A stretch of 64,000 nucleotides of DNA from assembly GCA_030426085.1 (NCBI GenBank), contig JAUHYW010000012.1, positions 2,425 to 66,424 of the forward strand, read 5' to 3'. Both the position numbers and the translations under genes were made by a program. This DNA comes from a bacterium (GTDB taxonomy: Bacteria; Myxococcota_A; Bradymonadia; UBA7976; UBA1532). The notes beneath the pieces were generated by a model, which worked only from the letters and a program-made list of their open reading frames with translations, ran no database searches and had not been told where the DNA came from. This document shows positions 47,846 through 62,210 of the stretch, one piece after another. Within the stretch, counting starts at the first letter, position 1. The number at the start of each line of letters is the position of its first letter.

Positions 47846-47877
47846 CACCCGCCGATGACAGTGGCCCCCGGCGGGTG
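47846..47877 (+). terminator. Stem-loop after recA: 9-bp GC-rich stem CACCCGCCG / CGGCGGGTG with a 14-nt loop. Candidate terminator or RNA-stabilising hairpin; no U-tract.
   Basis: Perfect inverted repeat 47846-47854 / 47869-47877, located 40 nt past the recA stop. Confidence 0.3.
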
Positions 47878-47918
47878 AGGCATGTACCTTCCCCCGGATC
47901 TGCCACCCGGGAGGCCCC

Positions 47919-49697
47919 GTGCCCCAGAAGCCACTCGACGTCACCCCCATCGACCCGCCCGAGCGCCGCCCCCAGCGGGGCGCCCGATTCGCCGCGCCCG
48001 GCGAGCGCAAGACCCGCTACACGCTGCCCGATGCGCTGCGCTCGACCTCGCCGGTGGGCTACCGCACCCGGGTCCCGCTGACCCGGGACGAGGCGGCGCA
48101 GGCGCTGCATTTGCTGTCGATGCCCCGCCCCACCGGCTTCGGCGAACCCCGCCCGATCAGCGAAGGCGCGCTCTTCGAAGAGTGCAGCCTGGGCGTGCTC
48201 TCGGCCCGGCAGTCGACCAACTACCGCGGCTTCCGCCAGATCACGCTCGGCCCCGACCGTCAGGCCGAGGTCGCCGGGCTGCTGCGCCGGCTGGACGGCG
48301 TCGAGGCCCCGCCGCTCGACGGCGCGAGCCACTGCCACCTCGTGCTGGGGCGGCCCTATCGCAACCCGTTCACGCTGCTGCTGACGCTGGTGGGGCACCG
48401 CCCGCTGACCAGCCTCGCCACGGTCGCACTGCGCGCGATCCGCAAGCGCACGCAGTTCATCGACGACATCCCGACCATCGGCTACCTGCCCCACCTGCAC
48501 GTCGGCATCCTGGCCGACGCGATGGAGCGGGCGGCGGTCATTGCCTCGGCCGGCGAGCGGCGGGCGGTGGCCTACATGCGGCCGTTCGTCGACGGGGCGG
48601 CGAAGCGCAACGCCAAAGCCATCCGGGCGCTGGAGGCGCTGTGCGGGCTGAGCCTGCGCGACCGGCTCGCCGGCTGGCGGCTGGTGCTGGTGACCCAGAC
48701 CGGGGCCGCCCTGCCCGCGGAGCGCATCGACCTGCCCGCGCCGACCGCGCGCAAGCTGGGCGCCAACCTGCTCGCGTTCCGCAGCGAGCGCATCCAGCCG
48801 GGGGTCAACCAGGAGGAGTCCGCGCCGGCCCCCTACCAGCTCCGCCAGGGCATGGACGTGCCCGAGAAGCTGGTCGAGATGGCCGGGCGGGCGGCGTACA
48901 ACGCGTTCGAGCACTGGACCGGCCTCGACCGCGAGCTGGCCCGGCGGCTGCTGATGCTCGACCGGGTCGACGTGCTGACCCCCGGGGGCAAAGCCCGGCT
49001 GCGGGCCATCCGGGGCGAGCTCAACGCCATCACCGACCGGGTCGTCGCCGAGATGCCGACCTGGGCCGACCTGCCCACCGGGCGCGCGTTCAGCCGCAAT
49101 GCCGAGCGGGGGCGCAAGGCGTTCGCGCTCGTCGGCCAGCGGATCTACATCGGCGGGCTGTCGAAGGCCGAGATGGCCGACAACGGCCTCGACTGGCACG
49201 CCGCCGTCCGGGCCTTCGGCGCCGCTGCGGCCCGGGGTGCGCTCGTCGCCGAGCTCATGGGCGTCGTCGATCTGCCCGACGACTGCGACCTGCTCGCCGG
49301 GATCTGCCTCATGGCCGGCCCGGTGAACCAGAACGACATCGGCAAACAGTACTACGGCTACGCCGACCTGCTCGGGGGCACCTTCCCCGAGCGCGACCCG
49401 ACCTCGCTGCTGGTGTGGACCCTCAAGGCCAAGACGGTCGCCGATCCCATCGGCAACGAGGAGCAGCTCCTCAACCCCGAGCGCAAGGGCGCCCTGGTCG
49501 ACCTGCGCCCCGGGCCGCACGAGGTGATCGAGGTCGAGCGCGGCGGCGGGCGTCAGCCCATGCGGCAGGCGGGCGAGCGGACCAATACCGAGCGGGCGTT
49601 CGGCGACGTGGGCAACTTCGTCACCGACCCCGAGGGCCGCCCGATCGACGGCAACGACGGCGCCCCGTGGCCCGAGCGGGACACGACGGTCTGGTAG
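47919..49697 (+). CDS. Hypothetical protein, 592 aa, no recognisable domain
   Basis: GTG start with a GGGAGG RBS 5 nt upstream. Strong GC3 bias throughout. The long antisense ORF 47712-49520 is its shadow. Confidence 0.5.
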   Translation: MPQKPLDVTPIDPPERRPQRGARFAAPGERKTRYTLPDALRSTSPVGYRTRVPLTRDEAAQALHLLSMPRPTGFGEPRPISEGALFEECSLGVLSARQSTNYRGFRQITLGPDRQAEVAGLLRRLDGVEAPPLDGASHCHLVLGRPYRNPFTLLLTLVGHRPLTSLATVALRAIRKRTQFIDDIPTIGYLPHLHVGILADAMERAAVIASAGERRAVAYMRPFVDGAAKRNAKAIRALEALCGLSLRDRLAGWRLVLVTQTGAALPAERIDLPAPTARKLGANLLAFRSERIQPGVNQEESAPAPYQLRQGMDVPEKLVEMAGRAAYNAFEHWTGLDRELARRLLMLDRVDVLTPGGKARLRAIRGELNAITDRVVAEMPTWADLPTGRAFSRNAERGRKAFALVGQRIYIGGLSKAEMADNGLDWHAAVRAFGAAAARGALVAELMGVVDLPDDCDLLAGICLMAGPVNQNDIGKQYYGYADLLGGTFPERDPTSLLVWTLKAKTVADPIGNEEQLLNPERKGALVDLRPGPHEVIEVERGGGRQPMRQAGERTNTERAFGDVGNFVTDPEGRPIDGNDGAPWPERDTTVW

Positions 49698-49718
49698 CCC
49701 GGGCAGCGCGGGCGGCCG

Positions 49719-50363
49719 TCAGAAGCGGACCACCGCCGACAGGCCGGTGTACAGCCCGATCCAGCCCAGGTCGCTCTCCTGGTCGGTGCCGAAGCTGGCG
49801 TTGAAGTAGTTCAGCCCCAGCTCGCCCTGCAAGCCGAAGTGCCGCCCGAACATCACCTCGCCCGAGGTGAAGAGCGACAGGTTGACCACCAGCCCGTCGT
49901 AGTCGTCGTCGACGGTCTCCGAGAAGCTGTCCTCCTCGAAGGTGCTCTCCGACCCACCGGTCCCGGTGCCGATCCGGGCGCCGATGCGCAGCGCGGTCAC
50001 GTCGTCGGCCAGCAGCGCGTGGGCGTAGCCCACCGTCGCGCCGAAGGCGTAGGCGCTGTCCGAGGAGCTGCCGAACTCGCTCTCCCGCCCCCGGCTCGAC
50101 CGGTGAAAGGTCAGCCCGACCAGGATCTCCCCCGCCGCGCCGACCGGGATGAGCCCCTCGATCAGCGGCAGCGCCAGCATCTGCCGGTTGAACGTGGCCA
50201 GCACCGGGCCCTCGTTCTGGGGGAAGGACCACGTCTCGATGCCCTGCCCGACGAGGGTGGCCCTCAGCCCCGCCGACTGCCGGGCCGGCTCGGCGAGCGC
50301 GGGCGCGGCGAGCAGGCCGACGAGGCACGCAGCGAGGGAGAGACGAGTGATGAGCGATGGCAT
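49719..50363 (-). CDS. Small outer-membrane beta-barrel protein (OmpA/OmpW-like porin family)
   Basis: 214 aa from ATG at 50361-50363. Signal peptide MPSLITRLSLAACLVGLLAAPALA. Alternating amphipathic strands. C-terminal aromatic residue (...LSAVVRF), typical of OMP signatures. Confidence 0.5.
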   Translation of the reverse strand: MPSLITRLSLAACLVGLLAAPALAEPARQSAGLRATLVGQGIETWSFPQNEGPVLATFNRQMLALPLIEGLIPVGAAGEILVGLTFHRSSRGRESEFGSSSDSAYAFGATVGYAHALLADDVTALRIGARIGTGTGGSESTFEEDSFSETVDDDYDGLVVNLSLFTSGEVMFGRHFGLQGELGLNYFNASFGTDQESDLGWIGLYTGLSAVVRF

Positions 50364-50699
50364 ATCGATGGCTCCCGATGGTTGAGCCGGCAGGCTATCA
50401 CCGAGCCGCCGGCCGCGCCAGAATCCGGGGTGCGGCGCCGAGGCCGGGGCGCGATTCCGGCCGGCGCCTGCGGGCGGGGCGTGGATGGGTCCGCCGCTGT
50501 GCATGGCCCCCGGCATCGGGCGGAAGGGCGCCATCATCAGATATGGGTATGCCATCCGAGATGGCATCTCGCTGCCTTCCGGAGCCCGATTCCGAGCCTC
50601 ACCCCGTGCGGTGTTTCGCCGGTTCATCTCACGATTCTGCGCAACAACCGCTCCGGCTGATCGATGAGCCCTTCGAGACCACTTCTCTCGGAGGCGCCG

Positions 50700-51644
50700 A
50701 TGCCCCGCCCGCTGATGTTCGTCCCCCGGCCCTGGACCCCGTTCGAAATCACGATGCGCTGCATGCACAGCCGCCTGCTGATGCGGCCGGGCGACGAATG
50801 CAGCCGGCGGGTGCTGGGCGTGATCGGGCGGGCGCTGGAGCTGTACGGCGCGCATGTGCACCTGTACTTCGCGGGGGGCACGAGCAACCACCTGCATATC
50901 GTGGCGGCGTTCGAGAGCGCCGAGTGGAAGGCGCGGTTCAAGTGCCACATCAAGGCCAACATCTCGAAGGAGCTGGGCGAGCTGTTCGACTGGCCGGGCT
51001 GCTATTGGGACCGGCGCACGCGGGACATCGCGATCCTGGACGACGGCGCCTTGGCGGATCGGCTGGCTTACCTGGCTGCGCACGGGGTGAAAGAGGGTTT
51101 GGTCGAGACTCCGGGTTGCTGGCCCGGGATCCAGTGGGTGCGGGCGGTGACGGAGGGCCGGCCGCTGGTGGGGGTGTGGTACGACCGCAGCCGGCTATGT
51201 GCGTTGCGGCAGCGGTGGACGCAGGGCGGACGGCGCGGTCCGAAGCCGACGCTGGGCGACGTGGCGCTGCGCAAGGTGGTCCGGTTGACGCCGCCGCCGA
51301 TGTGGGCCGGGTTGGGAGAGGACGTGCTGCGGGCGAAGTGGGTCGAGCTGGTGGAGCTGGCGGTGGAGCGGCATCCGGCGCCGTGGCCGACGCGGGTGGT
51401 GGGGGCGGCGGCGCTGGTGGAGATGGACCCGCATACCCGGCCGCCGCAGACGAAGAAGTCGCCGGCGCCGCGGGTGCACACGCGGTGCAAGACACTGCGG
51501 AGGGCGTGGGGCGAGGCGTACGATGCGTTCGTGGCGGCGTACCGGGCGGCGCTGCACGCGCTGCGGGAGGGGTGGGAGGCGGTGGGGTTCCCGGAGGAGG
51601 GTTGCCGGCCGGCGGTGCTGCTGCCGGAGGCGGGCGGGGGGTAG
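50700..51644 (+). CDS. HUH/Y1 transposase-like protein (IS200/RAYT-like superfamily, long form)
   Basis: NHLHIVAAFESAEWKARFKCHIKANISKE parallels the IS200 TnpA block DHVHLLISIPPKYSISKLVQYLKGKSS, including the HuH motif. FDWPGCYWDRR parallels HLWGGHFWARGYF. An alternative start is at 50664. Probably domesticated or longer than canonical TnpA. Confidence 0.4.
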   Translation: MPRPLMFVPRPWTPFEITMRCMHSRLLMRPGDECSRRVLGVIGRALELYGAHVHLYFAGGTSNHLHIVAAFESAEWKARFKCHIKANISKELGELFDWPGCYWDRRTRDIAILDDGALADRLAYLAAHGVKEGLVETPGCWPGIQWVRAVTEGRPLVGVWYDRSRLCALRQRWTQGGRRGPKPTLGDVALRKVVRLTPPPMWAGLGEDVLRAKWVELVELAVERHPAPWPTRVVGAAALVEMDPHTRPPQTKKSPAPRVHTRCKTLRRAWGEAYDAFVAAYRAALHALREGWEAVGFPEEGCRPAVLLPEAGGG

Positions 51645-51837
51645 CGCGCGGCGGGCTCGCGCAAGCGTGAGCAGGATTCGGGTTGGCGGGGCGCCGGGGT
51701 CGGGCGTGTGGGGGAGGTGCGCTCTGTCACGGGCGCGGTCGCCGTCGGGCAGCGGAGGCGGTGTCTCGGTGTGGCCGGGAAGGGCTCGGGAGGGGGACAG
51801 ATATCCGAGTTCGACACTCGGCTACCCCTCCGCTCGG

Positions 51838-51934
51838 TACCGCGTCCTCTACCTTCATCAGATGGTTGGCACCTTATCCAGTACCAGTACAGTACCGCGT
51901 CCTCTACCTTCATCAGATGGTTGGCACCTTATCC
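51838..51934. repeat. Two tandem copies of a 43-bp direct repeat (GTACCGCGTCCTCTACCTTCATCAGATGGTTGGCACCTTATCC) separated by 11 nt, immediately 3' of asnS
   Basis: Copies at 51838-51880 and 51892-51934 are identical. About 50% GC, well below the genome average. Non-coding; lies between asnS and the HUH transposase-like gene. Confidence 0.8.
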
Positions 51935-51948
51935 GCACCCTTTCCCGC

Positions 51949-53352
<1,404 letters not shown>

Positions 53353-53419
53353 CGGCAACCTCCTCGGCGGGACGGGGCGGCCGGGAGTATGGCCCGGGGG
53401 CCGGGCGGGGGCAACCGGA

Positions 53420-53605
53420 TCAGCCCGCCCCGGTCTCTGCCTCGTCGTGAGCCGACGCCCCGCGCCGGAGCACCGCGGCGACGGCGAGCCAGGCCACGGT
53501 GAAGACGACGAGGGCGGCGGCGATGTTGGCCGGCTCGGGGGCGAGGACTTCTTCGAGGCCGGCGACGGCGCCGATGGCGGCGGGCAGGGGCAGAAGCTGG
53601 TTCAT
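53420..53605 (-). CDS. Small membrane protein, hypothetical (61 aa)
   Basis: ATG preceded by GGAGTG 6 nt upstream. One TM helix ([19 protein letters not shown]). GC3-rich. Lies upstream of asnS on the same strand. Confidence 0.3.
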   Translation of the reverse strand: MNQLLPLPAAIGAVAGLEEVLAPEPANIAAALVVFTVAWLAVAAVLRRGASAHDEAETGAG

Positions 53606-53804
53606 GAGTCACTCCGAAAGAAAATCAGGGGATGCCCGCATAGCCCAGCAATTCCCGGGCCAGGGGCCGCCGGGCCAGATCTGCTGACAGACGGTGTCAG
53701 TAGATCCGCCCGATGGTCCCCGACGGGTGTCGATCCTGGCCATCATTGAACGTCGGTTCAGTCACAGGGCCGCGAACGGCGGCCCGCTGCGGAGGAGGTG
53801 CCCC

Positions 53805-55253
53805 ATGAAGCGGTGGATCGACGAGCGATCCGAAGTGCGCGGTCCGGTCCGGGTCGCGGTCGCCAGGAGCCGGCTCTGGCCCTGGCTGGCGGTCGGCCTC
53901 GTCGGCCTCGGCGGCTGCATCGACGTGCCGTCCCGGCCGATGGAGGGTGAGGCCGCCGGGGACCTCGACCCGCCCGACGTGGGGGTGGTGTCCGACGGGG
54001 CGCTGCCCGAGCAGCCCGATCCCGAGGACATCGACGACCCCGAGGCGCTCGTACGGGACGGCGCGGTCGAGGGCGTGGCGGACGTGCGCGATGGCCGTCC
54101 GGACGGCGCGGCGGCGGGCCCCGGTGAGCAGCCGCCGCCGGTGCGATTCGCCACACCCGACCCCGCCCGCTGCCCCGATGGGGGGGCGCTGGTCCCCGGC
54201 GTCGAGCAGTGCCTGTCGATCGAGTCGGCGCCCGAGCTGCCCGCCCCGCGCAGCCGGATCGCGGGCGTGGCTCTGCCCGACGGGCGGGTGCTGGTGGCCG
54301 GCGGCGCCGGGCCGGACGGCGGGCCGCACGCCGAGACGTGGATCCTGGAGGACGGCGCGTGGGTCGACGGCCCGCCGCTGCCGGTGGCGGTGGCCGGGGC
54401 CCGGGCGGTGGCGGTGGACGGCGGGGCGTGGCTGGTCGGCGGCCGCGGTGAAGCCCGGGGCGCGACCGTGCTGGCGGTCGAGCCCGACGGGGACGCGATG
54501 CGGGTCGGCGAGCTGGCCGCGCCCCGGGAGTCGGGCTTCTCGGTGCATCGCCTGGGCGACGGCCGGGTGGTGGCGGTCGGCGGCGGTCGGGAGGGCTTCC
54601 CGCCGGTCGGGGCCGAGCTGCTGGGGCCGGTGGCCGAGGCCCCGGGCCGCCTGGGGCTGCCCCGGCGGTCGCACGCCGCGGCGGTGGCGCCCGACGGGTC
54701 GCTGTGGGTGATCGGCGGGGTCGACGAAGACGGGCTGGTGCGGTTCGCGCCCGAGGTGCTCGCCCCCGATGAGCCGGTGTGGCGCTCGGTGCCGGGGCCG
54801 GCGGGCTGGTCGATGGCCCGGGGGGCGGCGGCGGCGAGCGGGGCGACGGTGCTCTTCGCCGGGGGGGTCGATCCCGAGGGTCGATCGCTGCGCCGGGCGG
54901 GCACCTACGACCCCGACGAGGGCCATTGGGTGGCGGTCGGCGGGCTCAACCTGCCCCAGTCCGACCTGGCGCTGGCGCCCATCGGCGACGGGGGCGCGGT
55001 GCTGGCGGTGGGGGCGGCGGCGATCGAGGTCTACGATCCGGTCGACGGCGGCTTCTTCGTGGTGACCGACGCGAGCCCGCTGCTGCGCGGCGAGGCGGCG
55101 GTCGTGGCGGTGGACGGCGGGGTGCTGGTGGTCGGCGGCACGGGCGCGGGGCGGGTGCTGAGCCGCGGGTTCATGGTCCGGCTCGAGCCGGCGCTGCCCC
55201 CGGCGGACGATCCGCCGCCCGAGGAGGAGGACGGCGAGGCGGCCGACCGCTGA
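53805..55253 (+). CDS. Kelch-repeat beta-propeller lipoprotein
   Basis: ATG at 53805 with a GGAGGAGG RBS. Signal plus lipobox LVGLGGC. Repeated Kelch-like blades (ALPDGRVLVAGG, GAWLVGG, DGRVVAVGG, DGSLWVIGG, ATVLFAGG, GGVLVVGG). Confidence 0.6.
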   Translation: MKRWIDERSEVRGPVRVAVARSRLWPWLAVGLVGLGGCIDVPSRPMEGEAAGDLDPPDVGVVSDGALPEQPDPEDIDDPEALVRDGAVEGVADVRDGRPDGAAAGPGEQPPPVRFATPDPARCPDGGALVPGVEQCLSIESAPELPAPRSRIAGVALPDGRVLVAGGAGPDGGPHAETWILEDGAWVDGPPLPVAVAGARAVAVDGGAWLVGGRGEARGATVLAVEPDGDAMRVGELAAPRESGFSVHRLGDGRVVAVGGGREGFPPVGAELLGPVAEAPGRLGLPRRSHAAAVAPDGSLWVIGGVDEDGLVRFAPEVLAPDEPVWRSVPGPAGWSMARGAAAASGATVLFAGGVDPEGRSLRRAGTYDPDEGHWVAVGGLNLPQSDLALAPIGDGGAVLAVGAAAIEVYDPVDGGFFVVTDASPLLRGEAAVVAVDGGVLVVGGTGAGRVLSRGFMVRLEPALPPADDPPPEEEDGEAADR

Positions 55254-55281
55254 GCGGCCGGGGCGTTGCGGTGGCGCGCGC

Positions 55282-55965
55282 TCAGCGGGCCCCGTCCGGC
55301 GCCCGCAGCAGGCCGATGTTGATGTCCGGCGAGCCGGTCGCCTGCCACAGCCGCAGCCACAACAGCAGGTAGGCTTCGGTGCCCCGGGCGGTCGACAGGT
55401 CGCCGAGGTCGACGATCTGCCGCCAGCCGAAGCCCTCGAGCATCGCCTTCACCGTGGCCTTGGCCTCGGCGTCGTCTCCGCTGACGAAGACCGCGCCCTG
55501 GCCCGCCACCCGGTCGGGGTCGACCATCACCGAGGCGTTGACCGTGTTCAGCGTCTTGACCACCCGGGCCTTCGGCGCCGCCCGCTGGAGGCGCTCGGCG
55601 AGCGAGTCGTGGCCGAAGACGAAGAGCGACGGCGGCATGCCCTGGCTGAAGTCGAGGGGGTTGGTGATATCGACGAGCACCTTGCCGTCGAGCGCCGCCC
55701 CGTCGGCCCCCTTGCGCGCGGCGTCGACCACCGCCTCGGCGTGCTCGCCCTTGACCGCGAGCAGCACCAGCTCGGCCCCGGCGGCGGCGGTGGCGAAGTC
55801 GGACTGCCCGGCGCGCTCGCCGTGGGCCTCGGCCCAGGCGGTCGCGCCGTCGTGGCGGGCGCTGCGCGATCCGAGGGTCACCCGGTGGCCCAGCCCGACC
55901 AGCTTCGTGGCCAGCGCCTTGCCCACCATGCCGGTGCCCAGGACGGCGATCGATGTCGGCTTCAT
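55282..55965 (-). CDS. NADP oxidoreductase, coenzyme F420-dependent family (Rossmann, Fno/NPD-like)
   Basis: 227 aa from ATG at 55963-55965. [17 protein letters not shown] is the dinucleotide-binding motif. The remainder matches the PF03807-type small reductases. Confidence 0.6.
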   Translation of the reverse strand: MKPTSIAVLGTGMVGKALATKLVGLGHRVTLGSRSARHDGATAWAEAHGERAGQSDFATAAAGAELVLLAVKGEHAEAVVDAARKGADGAALDGKVLVDITNPLDFSQGMPPSLFVFGHDSLAERLQRAAPKARVVKTLNTVNASVMVDPDRVAGQGAVFVSGDDAEAKATVKAMLEGFGWRQIVDLGDLSTARGTEAYLLLWLRLWQATGSPDINIGLLRAPDGAR

Positions 55966-56125
55966 GTGTCTGCTCCTGCGGGTGTGCGCGACCGCGGCCG
56001 CGGTGGTCGTCCGGTGCGTGCAGCGACGATAGCGCGCCTCGGCGATGCACGGTGGAATTCCCTGTGACCCGAGGGCGATTCGGGTATCCTTCGCCCCCTT
56101 CTGGAACACCGCCGGAGGCTTCGAG

Positions 56126-59011
<2,886 letters not shown>

Positions 59012-59089
59012 GCCGACGATCGACCCTCGATCGCCGCCGAGCGGCGGGTTGCACTTGACCTCCCGGCGTGCGCGGGGCTCGATGGTGCA

Positions 59090-61558
59090 GTGCACGACGA
59101 CTCCGATGAAGGCGCCAGCAGGGACGGGGCATCCCCGCTGAGCGGCCCGCCGGCGGGGCAGGACGGCTGGAGCCCTCATCAGCTCGAGCAGCTCCGGACC
59201 CTCGCCGACTCCGTCACCCGGCCCCGGTGGGCGGCCGAGTTCGGGGCCCTCGTCGAGCCCCCGGTCACCGACGACCCCCGCTACGACTGGCTCGAGCCGA
59301 TCGCCGGCGGAGGCCAGGGCGACATCTGGCGGGTCTTCGACCGCCGGCTCGACCGCCAGCTCGCGATCAAGGTGCTGCGCCCGGGGGCCAGCGAGCGGGC
59401 GTGCGCCGCGATGCGCCTGGAGTGCGCGATCACCGTCTCACTGTCCCACCCGGGCATCGTGCCGGTCTTCGACCGGGGCGAGACCGACGACGGCCGCCCG
59501 TGGTTCGCGATGAAGGTGGTCGAGGGCGAGGCGCTCGCCGCGATCTTCGAGCGGGTGCACAAGGGCCCGCCGGGCGGGGGCGGGGCCCGGTGGACGACCC
59601 GCCGGCTGATCGACCTGCTCGGCCGCATCTGCGACGCGGTGGCCTACGCCCACCAGCGGGGGGTGGTGCACGGCGACCTCAAGCCGGCCAACATCATGGT
59701 CGGCCCCTTCGGCGAGGCGCTGGTGATGGACTGGGGGCTCGCCCGGCGCATCGGTGATCCGGCGCCGACGACCGGCAGCGGCCGCCCGGCGGGCACCGCT
59801 GGCTACCTGCCCCCCGAGCGCTATCGGCACCCCCGCCGGCTCTCGCCGGCCACCGATATCTACGCCCTCGGCGCGATCCTGTACCGCATCCTGACCACGC
59901 GCCGGCTGCCGCTGGCCGACGGCGCGCTGGCCGACGACCCGTGGCCCGCCGGCCTCGACGCCTCCCAGATCCGGGCCCCGGCCGAGCTCGTCGACCTGTG
60001 CCGGGCGGCGATGCACCCCGACCCCGGGCGTCGGCTGGAGGGGGCCGGCGAGCTCGGCGCGGCCCTCGTCGGCTGGCTCGACGGCGCCCGCCAGCGGGAG
60101 CAGGCTCTGAAGCTGGTCGCCGAGGCCCGGGTCATCCGCCAGCACATCGAGACCGTGCGGGGCGAGGTCGCCGACCTCGAGCGGCGGGCCCGCATCGCGC
60201 TCGAAGGCGTGCGCCCCTCGGACCCGGTCACCTACAAGCGGGACGGCTGGCGGCTGGCCGATGCCGCCCGGTTCAAGGCCGAGGCGCTCGCGCTCGAGGA
60301 GCTCTCGTTCGAGCAGACCCTGCGGGCGGCGCTCACCCGGGTGCCCGACCTGCCCGAAGCCAACGCCGCCCTCGCTGAGCACTACCGGGTGGCCCTGATC
60401 CGGGCCGAGGCCCGGCGGGATACGCCCGCCGCCCGGCGCCATGCCGAGCTGCTGCGGACCTACGATGACGGGCGCCACGCCCGGTGGCTGGCCGGCGACG
60501 GCGCCTTGACCCTGATCTGCGACCCGGTCGACGCCCGGGTCACGCTCTTCCGCTACGCCGAGCGCGATCGGCGGCTGCTGCCGGTCGACCCCCAGGCGCT
60601 GGGGCAGGGGCCCATCTTCCGCCGGGAGATGCCCCGGGGCAGTTATCTGGCGGTGCTCGAGGCGCCGGGGCACGAGGCGGTGCGCTACCCGATCCACATC
60701 GGCCGGGGCGAGCACTGGCACGGCCGGCCGCCGGGCGGTGACCGGGCCCGCCCCATCCGCCTGCCCCGGGCGGGGGCCATCGGCCCCGACGAGATCTACG
60801 TGCCCGCCGGCTGGACCCGGATCGGGGGCGACCCCGAGGCCCCCGACCCGCTCGACGCCCGCCGGCTGTGGGTCGACGGCTTCGTCATCGGGCGCACCTC
60901 GGTCACCCACCGGGCGTGGCTGGCCTGCATGCAGCGGCTGCTCGATGACGGATTCGAAGACGCCGCGGGGGCGCTCATGCCCCGCAGCCGGGGCGCGCGG
61001 GGGGGCGGGCTGTACCTGCGCGAGGGGTCGACCTGGATCCCGGGCGTCACCGAAGACGACGACCCGATCCGGCTCGACGGGCCGGTCGTGCTCGTCGACT
61101 GGTATCAGGCCGACCGGTTCGCCGACCTCGAATCCGAGCGCACCGGGCTGCCCTGGCGGCTGCCGCACGACGTCGAGTGGGAGAAGGCGGCCCGGGGCGT
61201 CGACGGCCGCCACCTGCCGTGGGGCGACCACTTCGACCCCAGCCGGGCGGTGGTGCTGGAGAGCTTCGCCGACCGACCCCGCCCCACCGCGGTCGCCGCC
61301 GCCGACGACGACGAGAGCCCCTACGGGGTGCGGGACACCGTCGGCTGCATCCGCAACTGGTGCGCCTCGGGCTACGCCCAGGCCGGGCCCGAGGGCGACC
61401 GGCTGCTGCTCGAGGGCGGCGAGGGCCAGTTTCGCGCGGTGCGCGGCGGGCACTGGGCCAGCAAGTCGGTGCACTGCCGGCCGGCGGGCCGCTTCGCCAA
61501 CCGGCCCGAGCAGCGGTTCCGGGTCATCGGGGTCCGCCTCGTGCGCAGCTTCGGCTGA
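59090..61558 (+). CDS. Ser/Thr protein kinase fused to a C-terminal FGE-sulfatase (SUMF1-like) domain. Second copy in the window.
   Basis: 822 aa with a GTG start. Kinase motifs GGQGDIWRVFD, HGDLKPANIMV, DWGLAR. A long helical linker. C-terminal FGE-like motifs RTSVTHRAWLACM...WRLPHDVEWEKAARG...GGHWASK. Confidence 0.75.
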   Translation: MHDDSDEGASRDGASPLSGPPAGQDGWSPHQLEQLRTLADSVTRPRWAAEFGALVEPPVTDDPRYDWLEPIAGGGQGDIWRVFDRRLDRQLAIKVLRPGASERACAAMRLECAITVSLSHPGIVPVFDRGETDDGRPWFAMKVVEGEALAAIFERVHKGPPGGGGARWTTRRLIDLLGRICDAVAYAHQRGVVHGDLKPANIMVGPFGEALVMDWGLARRIGDPAPTTGSGRPAGTAGYLPPERYRHPRRLSPATDIYALGAILYRILTTRRLPLADGALADDPWPAGLDASQIRAPAELVDLCRAAMHPDPGRRLEGAGELGAALVGWLDGARQREQALKLVAEARVIRQHIETVRGEVADLERRARIALEGVRPSDPVTYKRDGWRLADAARFKAEALALEELSFEQTLRAALTRVPDLPEANAALAEHYRVALIRAEARRDTPAARRHAELLRTYDDGRHARWLAGDGALTLICDPVDARVTLFRYAERDRRLLPVDPQALGQGPIFRREMPRGSYLAVLEAPGHEAVRYPIHIGRGEHWHGRPPGGDRARPIRLPRAGAIGPDEIYVPAGWTRIGGDPEAPDPLDARRLWVDGFVIGRTSVTHRAWLACMQRLLDDGFEDAAGALMPRSRGARGGGLYLREGSTWIPGVTEDDDPIRLDGPVVLVDWYQADRFADLESERTGLPWRLPHDVEWEKAARGVDGRHLPWGDHFDPSRAVVLESFADRPRPTAVAAADDDESPYGVRDTVGCIRNWCASGYAQAGPEGDRLLLEGGEGQFRAVRGGHWASKSVHCRPAGRFANRPEQRFRVIGVRLVRSFG

Positions 61559-61576
61559 GCCCGCCCGCTGCGGGGC

Positions 61577-62122
61577 TCAGCGGGGGGCGTAGACCGTGCG
61601 CCGATCACCCGCCTCGAGGGGCCAGCGGTCGACCCCTACAAACGTGTCGGGGCCCGCCGCCGGCCCGACGCCCCCGACCACCCGGTAGTGCTCGATGGCG
61701 AGCACCGCGCACTTGGCGGTGCACTTGGGGTCGATGACGAGCTTCAGGGCGCTGTCGGCGACCCCGTCCGAGGGTCGGGACCAGATGTGCCCCCGCTTGA
61801 GCCAGTGTGGCCCGTCGAGGAGCTCGGTGCTCGGCCACAGGGCGCGGGCGTCGAGCGGCGGCAGACCCTGGTAGACCGTCGAGCGCATCGTGAGCGACCC
61901 GCCGAGCGCCGCCGGGGAGATCGTGCCCCGTACGTAGAGCGCGCCCGTCTTCGTCACCGACCACACCTCGGCGACGACCTCACGCTCGTCACATGGGCCG
62001 TCGGTCTCGATGACGTGGCGCAGCACCATGCCCTCCAGACCCCCGGTGAGCTGAGCCGAAGCCGGCGCCGCCAGGCTACAGATGCCGATGATGATGCTGA
62101 TACAAATGGTGAAATAGGTCAT
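61577..62122 (-). CDS. Secreted hypothetical protein
   Basis: 181 aa from ATG at 62120-62122. Signal peptide MTYFTICISIIIGICSLAAPASA encoded by unusually AT-rich codons. No recognisable domain. Confidence 0.4.
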   Translation of the reverse strand: MTYFTICISIIIGICSLAAPASAQLTGGLEGMVLRHVIETDGPCDEREVVAEVWSVTKTGALYVRGTISPAALGGSLTMRSTVYQGLPPLDARALWPSTELLDGPHWLKRGHIWSRPSDGVADSALKLVIDPKCTAKCAVLAIEHYRVVGGVGPAAGPDTFVGVDRWPLEAGDRRTVYAPR

Positions 62123-62210
62123 TACTCTGTCTCCTGCGGCGCACATAGCTCTAGTAACGCAATTGACGTTACGACCGTCACTTTTTATGGTGTTGGAAAA
62201 TTTCTCCACT

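Noticed and set aside
55966-56125. Possible glycine riboswitch upstream of gcvP
   Set aside because: Glycine riboswitches usually precede gcvT, and no GGAGAG...CTCTGGAGAG...ACCGAAGGGGCAA-type conserved cores are visible. Only a GGAGGCT RBS is present.
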